Part shown: positions 29,602 through 37,892 of the stretch, piece after piece
Numbering within the stretch: position 1 is the first letter of the stretch
How the letters are laid out: each line of letters opens with the position of its first letter
Virus record (IMG/VR): IMGVR_UViG_3300035698_007355
Coordinates: 32,732-96,731 of that record
Strand: one strand, 5' to 3'
Source: a virus
Length of the DNA: 64,000 nucleotides
Notes under the pieces: model-generated
Databases searched by the model: none
Told to the model about the DNA's origin: nothing
Seen by the model: only the letters and a program-made list of their open reading frames with translations
Translations under genes and position numbers: made by a program

Positions 29602-30138
29602 ATGAGACAAACCACAATAACGGCGGCTCAACTCAAGAAGTTCGTAGGTAGAAAAAATACCTTTGCTATACAAACAAATAAAGGCTCCTATGTACCAGTA
29701 AGACGAGATATAACAACCAAAGACTTACAGGACCATTTAAAAGGTGATAAAACATTAGGCTCATATGTAATTCAAGAAGATGGACTAATTTCGTTTGCCT
29801 GTATAGATATTGATACAGAACCAGGAAATGATTTAGAACCTTACAAAAGATTAGCCTATATAGTGTATGACCTATTTGTGGACTTTCAAGCAGTCCTTGA
29901 ATTCTCAGGTAGAAGAGGATACCACATATGGTTATTTCCAGAAAAACCAGAACATCCAAGATTCCTTAGGGAATTAATAAAATCACGATTAAAAACATAC
30001 GGTATTAGAAACATAGAAATATATCCTAAACAAGATACCATCAATGAATTAGAGAAAAAGTTAGGCAACTTAATTAAATTACCTTGTGGAAAGCACAAAA
30101 AAGGTGGATGGTCCGAAATTATGAGGTGGAGAAAGTGA
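29602..30138 (+). CDS. Archaeo-eukaryotic primase catalytic domain (stand-alone)
   Basis: CIDID (motif I), FSGRRGYHIW (motif II), GNLIKLP (motif III). Confidence 0.8.
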   Translation: MRQTTITAAQLKKFVGRKNTFAIQTNKGSYVPVRRDITTKDLQDHLKGDKTLGSYVIQEDGLISFACIDIDTEPGNDLEPYKRLAYIVYDLFVDFQAVLEFSGRRGYHIWLFPEKPEHPRFLRELIKSRLKTYGIRNIEIYPKQDTINELEKKLGNLIKLPCGKHKKGGWSEIMRWRK

Positions 30139-30353
30139 ACCCCAAAGACTTTAAGATTGGACAAACAGTTAAACGTACCGGGGATGAATATAACGGTATG
30201 GTAATAGGAGATATTGATGTTATAACGGATGTTGGTAATAATATCGAATTAAAGAAATTTGGACCAGGACATTCAAAACGTAGCCTTAGTGTAATAAATT
30301 TCAGTTGGAAAGGTAGATATGAGGTAAAAAATGAAATTCAAAGTTGGGGATAA
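30135..30353 (+). CDS. SH3/KOW-like small protein with WKGRY motif
   Basis: GTG start; FKIGQTV ... SWKGRYE. Confidence 0.65.
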   Translation: MNPKDFKIGQTVKRTGDEYNGMVIGDIDVITDVGNNIELKKFGPGHSKRSLSVINFSWKGRYEVKNEIQSWG

Positions 30354-30552
30354 AGTAAAAGTGATAGATGGAGATTTCCATAAAAATAATTCTCCAGAAC
30401 TAAAGACTGGATATATAGGTATAATTACCGAAATTAAGGAAATATCAGCTATTTTTCCTGGAAATCATTGGATAGATATAGACGGATACGGTGGTATTAT
30501 AGAAAGCCAATTAATGCTAGTATATACAAGTTGGAGGGATAGATATGAGTAA
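30331..30552 (+). CDS. SH3/KOW-like small protein with C-terminal WRDRY motif
   Basis: KFKVGDKV ... SWRDRYE. Confidence 0.7.
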   Translation: MKFKVGDKVKVIDGDFHKNNSPELKTGYIGIITEIKEISAIFPGNHWIDIDGYGGIIESQLMLVYTSWRDRYE

Positions 30553-30784
30553 GTTCAAAAAAGGAGACAAAGTAAGGTTCAAATCACCTGATAGCCGTAA
30601 CGCTACCTATTTTTCATCAGGATTAAGAAACCTAGAAATAGTAGAAAGTCTTGGTATTAGTGAATATAGTGTTAGGGAAGCAGATAATTCCATATCTTGG
30701 TGTGTAGAGGAATATGAATTGGAGTTAGAAACCCCTAAATTTAAAAGTTGGAGGAAAAGATATGACCACTTACAGACACAGTAA
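30545..30784 (+). CDS. SH3/KOW-like small protein with C-terminal WRKRY motif
   Basis: KFKKGDKV ... SWRKRYD. Confidence 0.7.
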   Translation: MSKFKKGDKVRFKSPDSRNATYFSSGLRNLEIVESLGISEYSVREADNSISWCVEEYELELETPKFKSWRKRYDHLQTQ

Positions 30785-31103
30785 AGAACTAAAGGGTAAC
30801 ACTTTAGAACTAGGTGATACTTTAAAATTTACAAAAGGTGCAAATAAAGGGTCCTTTAAAGTTACAGCAACCTTTTTAGATAATACAATATCCATTGGTA
30901 ATAATCACGTACCTTTAGATATGATTGGTCTAACATCAGAAAGAGAAAGAAGGGACTTTTGCACTAAAAATTATGGGTATAGTGCTGGTAAAGGAAGTTG
31001 GCCTATTTATAGTAATAATGATATGGACGCAATTACTAGAACGGTAATAGTTATATTTTTAATATTGGAAAAAGGATTTAGTTGGAGGTATAGATATGAA
31101 TAA
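30762..31103 (+). CDS. Small protein with C-terminal WRYRY motif
   Basis: LELGDTLKF ... SWRYRYE. Confidence 0.65.
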   Translation: MTTYRHSKELKGNTLELGDTLKFTKGANKGSFKVTATFLDNTISIGNNHVPLDMIGLTSERERRDFCTKNYGYSAGKGSWPIYSNNDMDAITRTVIVIFLILEKGFSWRYRYE

Positions 31104-31725
31104 ATTTAAAGGCTTTGGCGAGAAAGATACAAAAATGGCGTTATCTAAGGTAAAAAAGTCTAAAAAGAAAATTCAGGATAATGTGGCTAAAAAAGAAATT
31201 AACAATACCTTAGCTGAAATGGGATTAAAGAGTAAACAAGCAATCATTTTAGACGGTTCTGCTATGAAAACAACCAAAGCATTTATAAAGGCTGGATGGT
31301 CTCCTACACAAATTCACAATGTTAATAATTCCTCAGATTATAATACTATTAAAAGGCATCACAAAAAATCATATAATATGACCTTATATGAATTTCTGGA
31401 CTTACATAAAGATAGGAAAGGAGAGATAGGTTGTATTTATATGGATTATATGAGTTCTTGGGACGGAAATGTTAATTTCAAACCTAAAGATGATTTACTC
31501 CTACTATTTTGTGAAGAAATGTTAGCTAAAGGTTCAATACTTGGTATAACTTTTTCAGCAAGAACCAAAAAGAAAGACAATACATTTATATATCCAGATA
31601 TTGGAAAGGTATTAGATTACATTTACCAATTAGCAAGAGATACAGGATATGAATTATCATTGGTTACAGGAGGCGCCTACAGTAACGGCGGACCAATGTT
31701 CTCATACATATTTAAGGTAAACTAA
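31096..31725 (+). CDS. Hypothetical protein, possibly a divergent Rossmann methyltransferase fold
   Basis: AIILDG, CIYMDY, LAKGSILGITF. Confidence 0.35.
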   Translation: MNKFKGFGEKDTKMALSKVKKSKKKIQDNVAKKEINNTLAEMGLKSKQAIILDGSAMKTTKAFIKAGWSPTQIHNVNNSSDYNTIKRHHKKSYNMTLYEFLDLHKDRKGEIGCIYMDYMSSWDGNVNFKPKDDLLLLFCEEMLAKGSILGITFSARTKKKDNTFIYPDIGKVLDYIYQLARDTGYELSLVTGGAYSNGGPMFSYIFKVN

Positions 31726-31726
31726 G

Positions 31727-31945
31727 ATGTGGAAAGAACACTATACCAACAAAACCAAAGTAGGGGATAAAGTTAAAATGATAAATAGGTTAAATGCCTT
31801 ACTGATTTGCGGGGACTTTGTTTCTTCAGGGTCATTATTTGTTGGTAAGGTATATACAATAACCAAAATCACTAAGAAAGGATATTTAATGTTTGGAGAC
31901 TCCTGTTCTTATAACCCTAAATGCTTTATAAAGGTGTCAAAATGA
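31727..31945 (+). CDS. SH3/KOW-like small protein with N-terminal WKEHY motif
   Basis: MWKEHY-TNKTKVGDKV. Confidence 0.65.
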   Translation: MWKEHYTNKTKVGDKVKMINRLNALLICGDFVSSGSLFVGKVYTITKITKKGYLMFGDSCSYNPKCFIKVSK

Positions 31946-32250
31946 ATTGGAAAGAACGATATAATACGGATGGATTCATTCCATTAGAACAAGATAAAGT
32001 AGTCCCTGGTATGGTAGCTAAACTAATTGTTGGTAACGAGACATCTTGGAGAAGAAATTGTTGGATAAATGATATGAAAGGAAAAGTATTCGAGGTTTAT
32101 GATAATAATAATGAAGGAAAAATATCTATAAAATTACCTATTAGTTTGTGGAAATATAATGATATTGGTTGTGAAGAGGAGGAACAAATAGCACAGGAAA
32201 GAGGCTGGTATGAAGTCTTAGGACCTGCTAATTGGTTCTTATTTAAATAA
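31942..32250 (+). CDS. Small protein with N-terminal WKERY motif
   Basis: ATGA-coupled start MNWKERYN at 31942. Confidence 0.65.
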   Translation: MNWKERYNTDGFIPLEQDKVVPGMVAKLIVGNETSWRRNCWINDMKGKVFEVYDNNNEGKISIKLPISLWKYNDIGCEEEEQIAQERGWYEVLGPANWFLFK

Positions 32251-32251
32251 A

Positions 32252-32599
32252 ATGGCATACATAAAAAAAGATGATGGAACTTTTGAAGTAAAAGGAACAA
32301 AGAACAACTGGATAGTGTCCGAAAGGATTACTTCTTGTAATTGTCCAAAATTCAAGTTTATCCTAAAGGGACAAGGTGAATGTCACCATATGTTAGAAGT
32401 CAAATTGGGCGAGGCAAAAGTATCCCAGGCTATTGAACAGGCTACTGGGGTAGACAAATATCCAACATTCGAAAGGTCTAAATATCTTGAACCAATAATG
32501 TTACATAAGTTTATTGAGGTATTTGGAGAAAGTCAATACCGTGTCCTATCAACCACATCCATTATATTCACACATAGAGGATTAGTCCGATTAATATAG
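32252..32599 (+). CDS. SWIM zinc-finger protein
   Basis: CNCPKF...CHH. Confidence 0.7.
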   Translation: MAYIKKDDGTFEVKGTKNNWIVSERITSCNCPKFKFILKGQGECHHMLEVKLGEAKVSQAIEQATGVDKYPTFERSKYLEPIMLHKFIEVFGESQYRVLSTTSIIFTHRGLVRLI

Positions 32600-32635
32600 T
32601 GTTACTACTCAATAGTTAAACGAAACATTTATAAA
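32600..32635 (+). promoter_or_regulatory. TGTTACTACT box plus BRE-TATA promoter of the Ubl operon
   Basis: TGTTACTACT at 32600, CGAAACATTTATAAA at 32621. Confidence 0.7.
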
Positions 32636-32747
32636 GAGCAATTACTTAATGCTATTAAGGAAGAAAGAAAAATAAAAATGGAAAACAATCATATTCTTGG
32701 AACCAATTCTTGTGTTCCGTTAGTAAAAAACTGCGAGGTGGTATATA

Positions 32748-33134
32748 ATGCCAACAAAAACAAAAGCACAAATATGTAGGAAAATGTACGGATGTTCACT
32801 TAGTGAATTATCTGGCGGAGAGAAAGCAGCCGTAACAAAAGCTTTTAACAAACAGGACAATGACGTAGCAACTCCTAGAGTTGTAGCAAAACCAACATCA
32901 GGAGCTGGATATGCGACTGTTAAGTTTGGAAGACCAGGAGTTAATGGTGTAAAAGAATGTATCGTAGAGGTAAATTCTACTATGGGACAAGCTTTAGACC
33001 AAGCTGGGGTAAACATCAACAAAACCAAAGAAGGAGTATTGAACAAATCTGATGGTGCTGTTGTTATGTATAATAACCCAGTAGTTGATGGTGCAGTTTA
33101 TATGATTGTTCCAGGTGTTGATAGTTCTTTATAA
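32748..33134 (+). CDS. Ubiquitin-like (beta-grasp) protein with N-terminal extension
   Basis: ATVKFG..GVKECIVEVNSTMGQALDQAGV...NPVVDGAVYMIVPGVDSSL fits the ThiS/MoaD/SAMP pattern; first gene before E2, JAB and E1. Confidence 0.7.
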   Translation: MPTKTKAQICRKMYGCSLSELSGGEKAAVTKAFNKQDNDVATPRVVAKPTSGAGYATVKFGRPGVNGVKECIVEVNSTMGQALDQAGVNINKTKEGVLNKSDGAVVMYNNPVVDGAVYMIVPGVDSSL

Positions 33135-33149
33135 CTTCCACCATAATAA

Positions 33150-33170
33150 TTTTTTTATTTTTTTATTTTA
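33150..33170 (+). terminator. Oligo-T terminator after Ubl
   Basis: Three T-runs separated by single A bases immediately after the stop. Confidence 0.55.
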
Positions 33171-33210
33171 ATTACATCCTATTCACATTAAACCAGTAAG
33201 GAGGAAAAAT

Positions 33211-34851
33211 ATGTCAATTAAAAGAATTAAAAAAGATGAAGGTAAACCTGTTAAGAAAACAGCTAAACCTAAAATAAAAGTAAAACTAAAATCTATAAAG
33301 GTAAAAAATAAAGAAGTGTCCTTAATAGACTTATTAGTTCCACAATTAGGAAAAACTAAAACTCATAAGTGGAGCAACAAAGGTGGAAAAGATATTTTAG
33401 AAGGTATGTTAGAAGGTAAAGGGTTAATAAAAATAAACTTTCCAAAAGACTTTGACGGAGATTTCGTAATAGAAGTGGATGACAAAGCAGAACCAATCTT
33501 TAAAAAATTACAAGATATAAATAATATGGATATTACTGATAAGGATGTCAGAGACTCCATATTTAAAATGACAAGTTCAAAAATAAAAAATGGTGCTCTT
33601 TCTAAATTAGGTAAAAACAAAATTGTTTTTGACGAAATAACTAAATGGTTTAAAGACCTTGGCTTTACAAAAGTTGGAATCAAAGACTCATTAGGATATG
33701 AGTTAGAAAAAAAAGCTTTTAAGGAACTAACACTTTGTATAAAACCCGAAATGAATAACTCACAACATACCGATATGCATAGTAACCTTTTCACCAAATA
33801 TAAAAAACTTAAAGGGTTTATAGAACCTAGATATGTTGGAAGTAATATTAAACCACTACCAACTGAAAAGATAAAAGATATTAAGAGTGGGATAAATATC
33901 ATAGGTAAATATTACATTGATAGAAACCTTGTCATATTATTTTTTTCACCATTTGAAAAAGTTGATTTAGAAAAAGTTATGTCATATAAGGAAATAGAAT
34001 ACATTACCACACTAACGGCAGACCTTGAGCAAACCTTTAAATCGCTTAAAATGGAAGTAGTTGATAATGAAAAATTCCTAATGTTAATGACAGTTAAGAA
34101 TTTTAATAGGGAAGGCGAAGAAAGGTTAAAGAAATTAAAAACCGATTTAGTTAAGAAAAGGAATGACCAACATTCTTATGAATCCAAATTATTAAGTTTA
34201 TACCAAGCGACTGAAAATATGGGAGCAGATATTAAGGCATTAGAAAGTGTTAATTCTGGAAATGTAGATGATTTTCTAGCCCAAATAGCAAAACTTAAAA
34301 AAGTTCCTATCATTACAGATGTTAAATTAAATGATGGAACAATAAGTATAACCTTTAAAGAAACAACAATAAAAAGTAAATTCGGTAGAAATGTTGAAGG
34401 TAATAACGAAGGTCCTATAAGAGAAATGTTTATTGGTGCTATTACAGCCCATCTACACGGTGGAACATCAATAACTGTATCTTGTAATTATCCTACTCTT
34501 GAAAATAGTAAGGCGCATCCACACGCTAATAGTGATGGTAGTCCTTGTTTAGGAAGTGGAGATGGTCCAAATATGATGTTTAAGTTAATTGGACAAAATA
34601 ACTTCGCAGATTTTGCCTATGTATTTTGGATGTGGATTAAACGATGGAGACCAAGTGATTGTTATATAAGTCCCGCCGTTTATTATGACGACCGATTAAA
34701 ACAAGGGCTACCTGTCTTTGACCAAGTGGGAAACAGAATCAATATTAATGATGAGGGTAAAATTAAAGACGGAGAACAATTGAAATTAACAACATCCAGT
34801 GAATATGATGTAAACATAAAAAAATACAAGGGCTTTAAATCAGTCCAGTAA
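33211..34851 (+). CDS. Coiled-coil protein with C-terminal E2-like (Ub-conjugating) domain
   Basis: HPHANSDGSPCLG matches the E2 HPN-x7-C active-site spacing; central coiled coil. Confidence 0.7.
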   Translation: MSIKRIKKDEGKPVKKTAKPKIKVKLKSIKVKNKEVSLIDLLVPQLGKTKTHKWSNKGGKDILEGMLEGKGLIKINFPKDFDGDFVIEVDDKAEPIFKKLQDINNMDITDKDVRDSIFKMTSSKIKNGALSKLGKNKIVFDEITKWFKDLGFTKVGIKDSLGYELEKKAFKELTLCIKPEMNNSQHTDMHSNLFTKYKKLKGFIEPRYVGSNIKPLPTEKIKDIKSGINIIGKYYIDRNLVILFFSPFEKVDLEKVMSYKEIEYITTLTADLEQTFKSLKMEVVDNEKFLMLMTVKNFNREGEERLKKLKTDLVKKRNDQHSYESKLLSLYQATENMGADIKALESVNSGNVDDFLAQIAKLKKVPIITDVKLNDGTISITFKETTIKSKFGRNVEGNNEGPIREMFIGAITAHLHGGTSITVSCNYPTLENSKAHPHANSDGSPCLGSGDGPNMMFKLIGQNNFADFAYVFWMWIKRWRPSDCYISPAVYYDDRLKQGLPVFDQVGNRININDEGKIKDGEQLKLTTSSEYDVNIKKYKGFKSVQ

Positions 34852-34860
34852 GGAGGAAAA

Positions 34861-35892
34861 ATGACGAAATATAAGGCGGTAATAAGATTTTTAGAAGAAC
34901 CAATGAGGATTATTAAATGGTTTACAAAGAATTTCGATAAAGAAATTGGTGCTTTAGGCATCGGTGAACTTAAAGACGGGATTATGGTAATCGAAAGATT
35001 AGTATTTCCACAACAAATAGTTAATGGAGTCCACGTTCATTTCAAACCAGAAGACTGGGGACCTATTGTCCGAGATTTATCAATAGAAGATTTTGGTAAA
35101 ATAATCTTTTACTGGCACAAACATCCAGGAAGTGCAGGAGCAAGTCAAGGAGATGAAGATGATACCTTTGATGTATTTATGCCTGAAGAAAATTGTGCAA
35201 GACCATTCTTTGGTTTTATGCAAACGGCTATAAAACATAATGGTGACTTTGAATATGAGGCACGAATTGAAATGAGAGACCCTATTTGGACTACCATAGA
35301 GGATGTAGAGATTATGTCCGATGACGATTATAGTGTCGAGGAAACTTGTAAAAAAATAATCGAGGACCATATTACTCTTGGTAATGCATCAACTTCTGAC
35401 CAACCAGGAACTAAAAAAACAACCACAGTAAAAAGTAAAGTATGGAACAAAGCTAAACAGAAATTCGAAATGGATATACCTGCGGAAAACTATGATTACG
35501 ATTTACCAACATTTGAAGTTGATAAAAAGAACGGTAATATAAAACTAACCGTTAGTGATTATTTTGAAGATTGGGTATTAGATGTCCTTAGCGATGAGGC
35601 TGTTGAAATATGGGTTAAAAAATTCAAAAAAATAATTGGAGATACAAAAATAACATTTGAAATACAACCTAACAAAAAATGTATCAACAACCTTTATGAC
35701 CATTTTTCATGTATAGAAAAAGAAATGGCATTATGTAATGAAGAAGACCCTATTACAGAAGATGTTTTAGAGGACACTTTAAATAAGGATAGTGTATATT
35801 CTGAGGAAAAAGATATTAAAAAATTCAATGAAAGACATGGCAATCCAATAAGAGATAGATTTGCCCCTTATGGAAATAATTATTTATATTAG
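34861..35892 (+). CDS. JAB/MPN+ metallo-isopeptidase
   Basis: KEIGALG (catalytic Glu), WHKHPG....SQGD (HxH-x7-S-x2-D). Confidence 0.8.
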   Translation: MTKYKAVIRFLEEPMRIIKWFTKNFDKEIGALGIGELKDGIMVIERLVFPQQIVNGVHVHFKPEDWGPIVRDLSIEDFGKIIFYWHKHPGSAGASQGDEDDTFDVFMPEENCARPFFGFMQTAIKHNGDFEYEARIEMRDPIWTTIEDVEIMSDDDYSVEETCKKIIEDHITLGNASTSDQPGTKKTTTVKSKVWNKAKQKFEMDIPAENYDYDLPTFEVDKKNGNIKLTVSDYFEDWVLDVLSDEAVEIWVKKFKKIIGDTKITFEIQPNKKCINNLYDHFSCIEKEMALCNEEDPITEDVLEDTLNKDSVYSEEKDIKKFNERHGNPIRDRFAPYGNNYLY

Positions 35893-35902
35893 GAGGGATA
35901 AA

Positions 35903-36613
35903 ATGAGCGGAATAACAAATGCAAAACAGGCAAACATAATAGACTCCAGTAAAATTTCCAAATGGAAAGTTAAAGTATTTGGAATTGGGTCAATAGGTAG
36001 TAATCTTATTAAACAATTAGCTTTAACAGGCTTTACAGATATTGTTGGATATGATTATGATACCGTAGATAGTGATAATATTGGTTCACAAGAATTTGAT
36101 ATTAGACACATTGGAATGAAGAAAACAGCGGCAATACAAAAGCTTATGAAGGAAAGCTATAACTATGATGTAGCCGTAGTTGATGGAAAGTTAGACGAGA
36201 AATCCGAAATCTATCCAGAAGAAAACACAATCTATTTCTGTGGCTTTGATAGTTTAAAGGCACGAAAATTATTATGGGATAAGTTAAAGAATTTTCCTGT
36301 TATTTGGGGAGAGAGTAGAATAGGCAGAACAGCTCAAAGGTTTTATTTTGTTGACCTAAAGAATAGAAACGAAGAATGGATAAAACAATATGAAGAAAGC
36401 CTAGACCCAAGTGGACCAATGACTACACTAAAATGTGGCGAGAAAGGGACTTTTTCATCTAATACAGAATTAGTCGGTAAAATAATGCGACAAATGGTTA
36501 ATATTGCAGAGGGTAAATCAATAGCAACAATGTATGTCGGCGACTGGGGTTATCCGCCATCTATTTTTATAGCACCTAAAGATGAATTCCCTTCAGAGAT
36601 AAAGTATGAATGA
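35903..36613 (+). CDS. E1/ThiF-family Ubl-activating enzyme
   Basis: VFGIGSIGS, YDYDTVDSDNIGSQ, GFDSLKAR, candidate catalytic Cys in TLKCGEKG. Confidence 0.85.
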   Translation: MSGITNAKQANIIDSSKISKWKVKVFGIGSIGSNLIKQLALTGFTDIVGYDYDTVDSDNIGSQEFDIRHIGMKKTAAIQKLMKESYNYDVAVVDGKLDEKSEIYPEENTIYFCGFDSLKARKLLWDKLKNFPVIWGESRIGRTAQRFYFVDLKNRNEEWIKQYEESLDPSGPMTTLKCGEKGTFSSNTELVGKIMRQMVNIAEGKSIATMYVGDWGYPPSIFIAPKDEFPSEIKYE

Positions 36614-36927
36614 GGAGGAAAAGAATGGAATTCAAAGATACCCTAGATATTGATTGTTATGGAAAAAGTATAAAACAAAAAAAAATACTTTGGAACATAT
36701 TCAAAAAATGGGGATATAGACACGTTTGTATAGAAGATGGAATGTTTGTAAAGGGAGATTATTGGTATGATGCTAGATATTTCCTAGTTTGTAACGATAA
36801 ATGCGTTCATCCTAGAGGCGAAAAAGAACCATTACCTGATGAAAATAATAATTTCACCTATGATAGTTTTATGTCAACCCACTGTTCAAATAGTTGGCGT
36901 GAAAGATATACAGGAAAATCAAATTGA
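36610..36927 (+). CDS. Small protein with C-terminal WRERY motif
   Basis: Overlaps the E1 stop; ... SWRERYT. Confidence 0.65.
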   Translation: MRRKRMEFKDTLDIDCYGKSIKQKKILWNIFKKWGYRHVCIEDGMFVKGDYWYDARYFLVCNDKCVHPRGEKEPLPDENNNFTYDSFMSTHCSNSWRERYTGKSN

Positions 36928-36952
36928 TACCACATCAACGGCAGATGATACT

Positions 36953-37198
36953 ATGATACCTAAAGTAGGAGACAGAATCATATACAGAGGTACAAAAGAA
37001 GGCAAAACTGATTATGTCTGGAAACATTATTTCGAGAAATATGGAGTTAAAAAAGGCGATATAGGGATAATAGACTCTATCAGTGGTATATATTTTTATA
37101 CCATAGATGCTAAAAGACCAAATTCAATAGGGTTTTTAATTGCTGATGACCTAATATTTGCTAAAAGTTGGAAAGAACATTACGAAGGTGTAAAATGA
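36953..37198 (+). CDS. SH3/KOW-like small protein with C-terminal WKEHY motif
   Basis: PKVGDRI ... SWKEHYE. Confidence 0.65.
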   Translation: MIPKVGDRIIYRGTKEGKTDYVWKHYFEKYGVKKGDIGIIDSISGIYFYTIDAKRPNSIGFLIADDLIFAKSWKEHYEGVK

Positions 37199-37527
37199 AA
37201 CTCACATTAAAAAAACATACCGATAATAAATATGATTGGAATATTCACTATGGTAATTGAATTATATACATATGTTGAAACGGTAAGTCCATCTACTATG
37301 GTTCATTTTTTATCGGCAGCTACAACTATGTATCCAGATAGTTACTATACGGATGATAATATAATAAGATTTCATAATACAGGAAAAGGATATATTAAAA
37401 TATCCAATGAAGAAGTGGCAGCTAAAATTGTTGGTATAGGTCTATTTCGATTACTAGAAAAAATACCAGAATTTTATAGTATGCTTAGAGGAACAACAAT
37501 AGCTAATGATTTAAAGGACGATTAACA

Positions 37528-37887
37528 ATGGTATATTTATGTAGAGATTGCGGACACGATGAAAGTTTTGATGCCATACAAAACGTTACGGAATATTGTA
37601 CGGAATCTGTTACATTAAATGGTGATGGAGAAGTTATAGATTGGGGAGATAGAGATACCAACGATAGCGAAGTTACTGATGGTCCTGATAATATAGAATG
37701 TGGAGAATGTAATTCTAGTAATGTTGAAGAATACGATACCCAAGAAGAAATGGAAATTGCACAAGAGGAAGACAGAATAGAAAGAGAGGATATAGAAACA
37801 GGAACAATATCCCCTACCGCTACTATATCTAATTCTGATGGTGTAGTTAATTGGAAAGAAACATATTTACGAAGGAGGAAAGAATAA
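37528..37887 (+). CDS. Acidic Zn-ribbon protein with C-terminal WKETY motif
   Basis: CRDC...CGEC; NWKETYL. Confidence 0.65.
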   Translation: MVYLCRDCGHDESFDAIQNVTEYCTESVTLNGDGEVIDWGDRDTNDSEVTDGPDNIECGECNSSNVEEYDTQEEMEIAQEEDRIEREDIETGTISPTATISNSDGVVNWKETYLRRRKE

Positions 37888-37892
37888 ATAAA

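Noticed and set aside
30520-31103. WKERY motif as purely an RBS plus ATG artefact (TGGAGG...TATGA)
   Set aside because: Fits three junctions (30545, 30762, 31096) but not the TGGAAA copies or the two N-terminal copies; kept only as a partial alternative
26968-31945. Diversity-generating retroelement behind the variable small ORFs
   Set aside because: No reverse transcriptase and no near-identical template/variable repeat pair in the window
32710-32748. LRGG ubiquitin-like tail read in an alternative frame just upstream of the Ubl gene
   Set aside because: No ATG in that frame (stop at 32656); it arises from the GAGGTGGT ribosome-binding site
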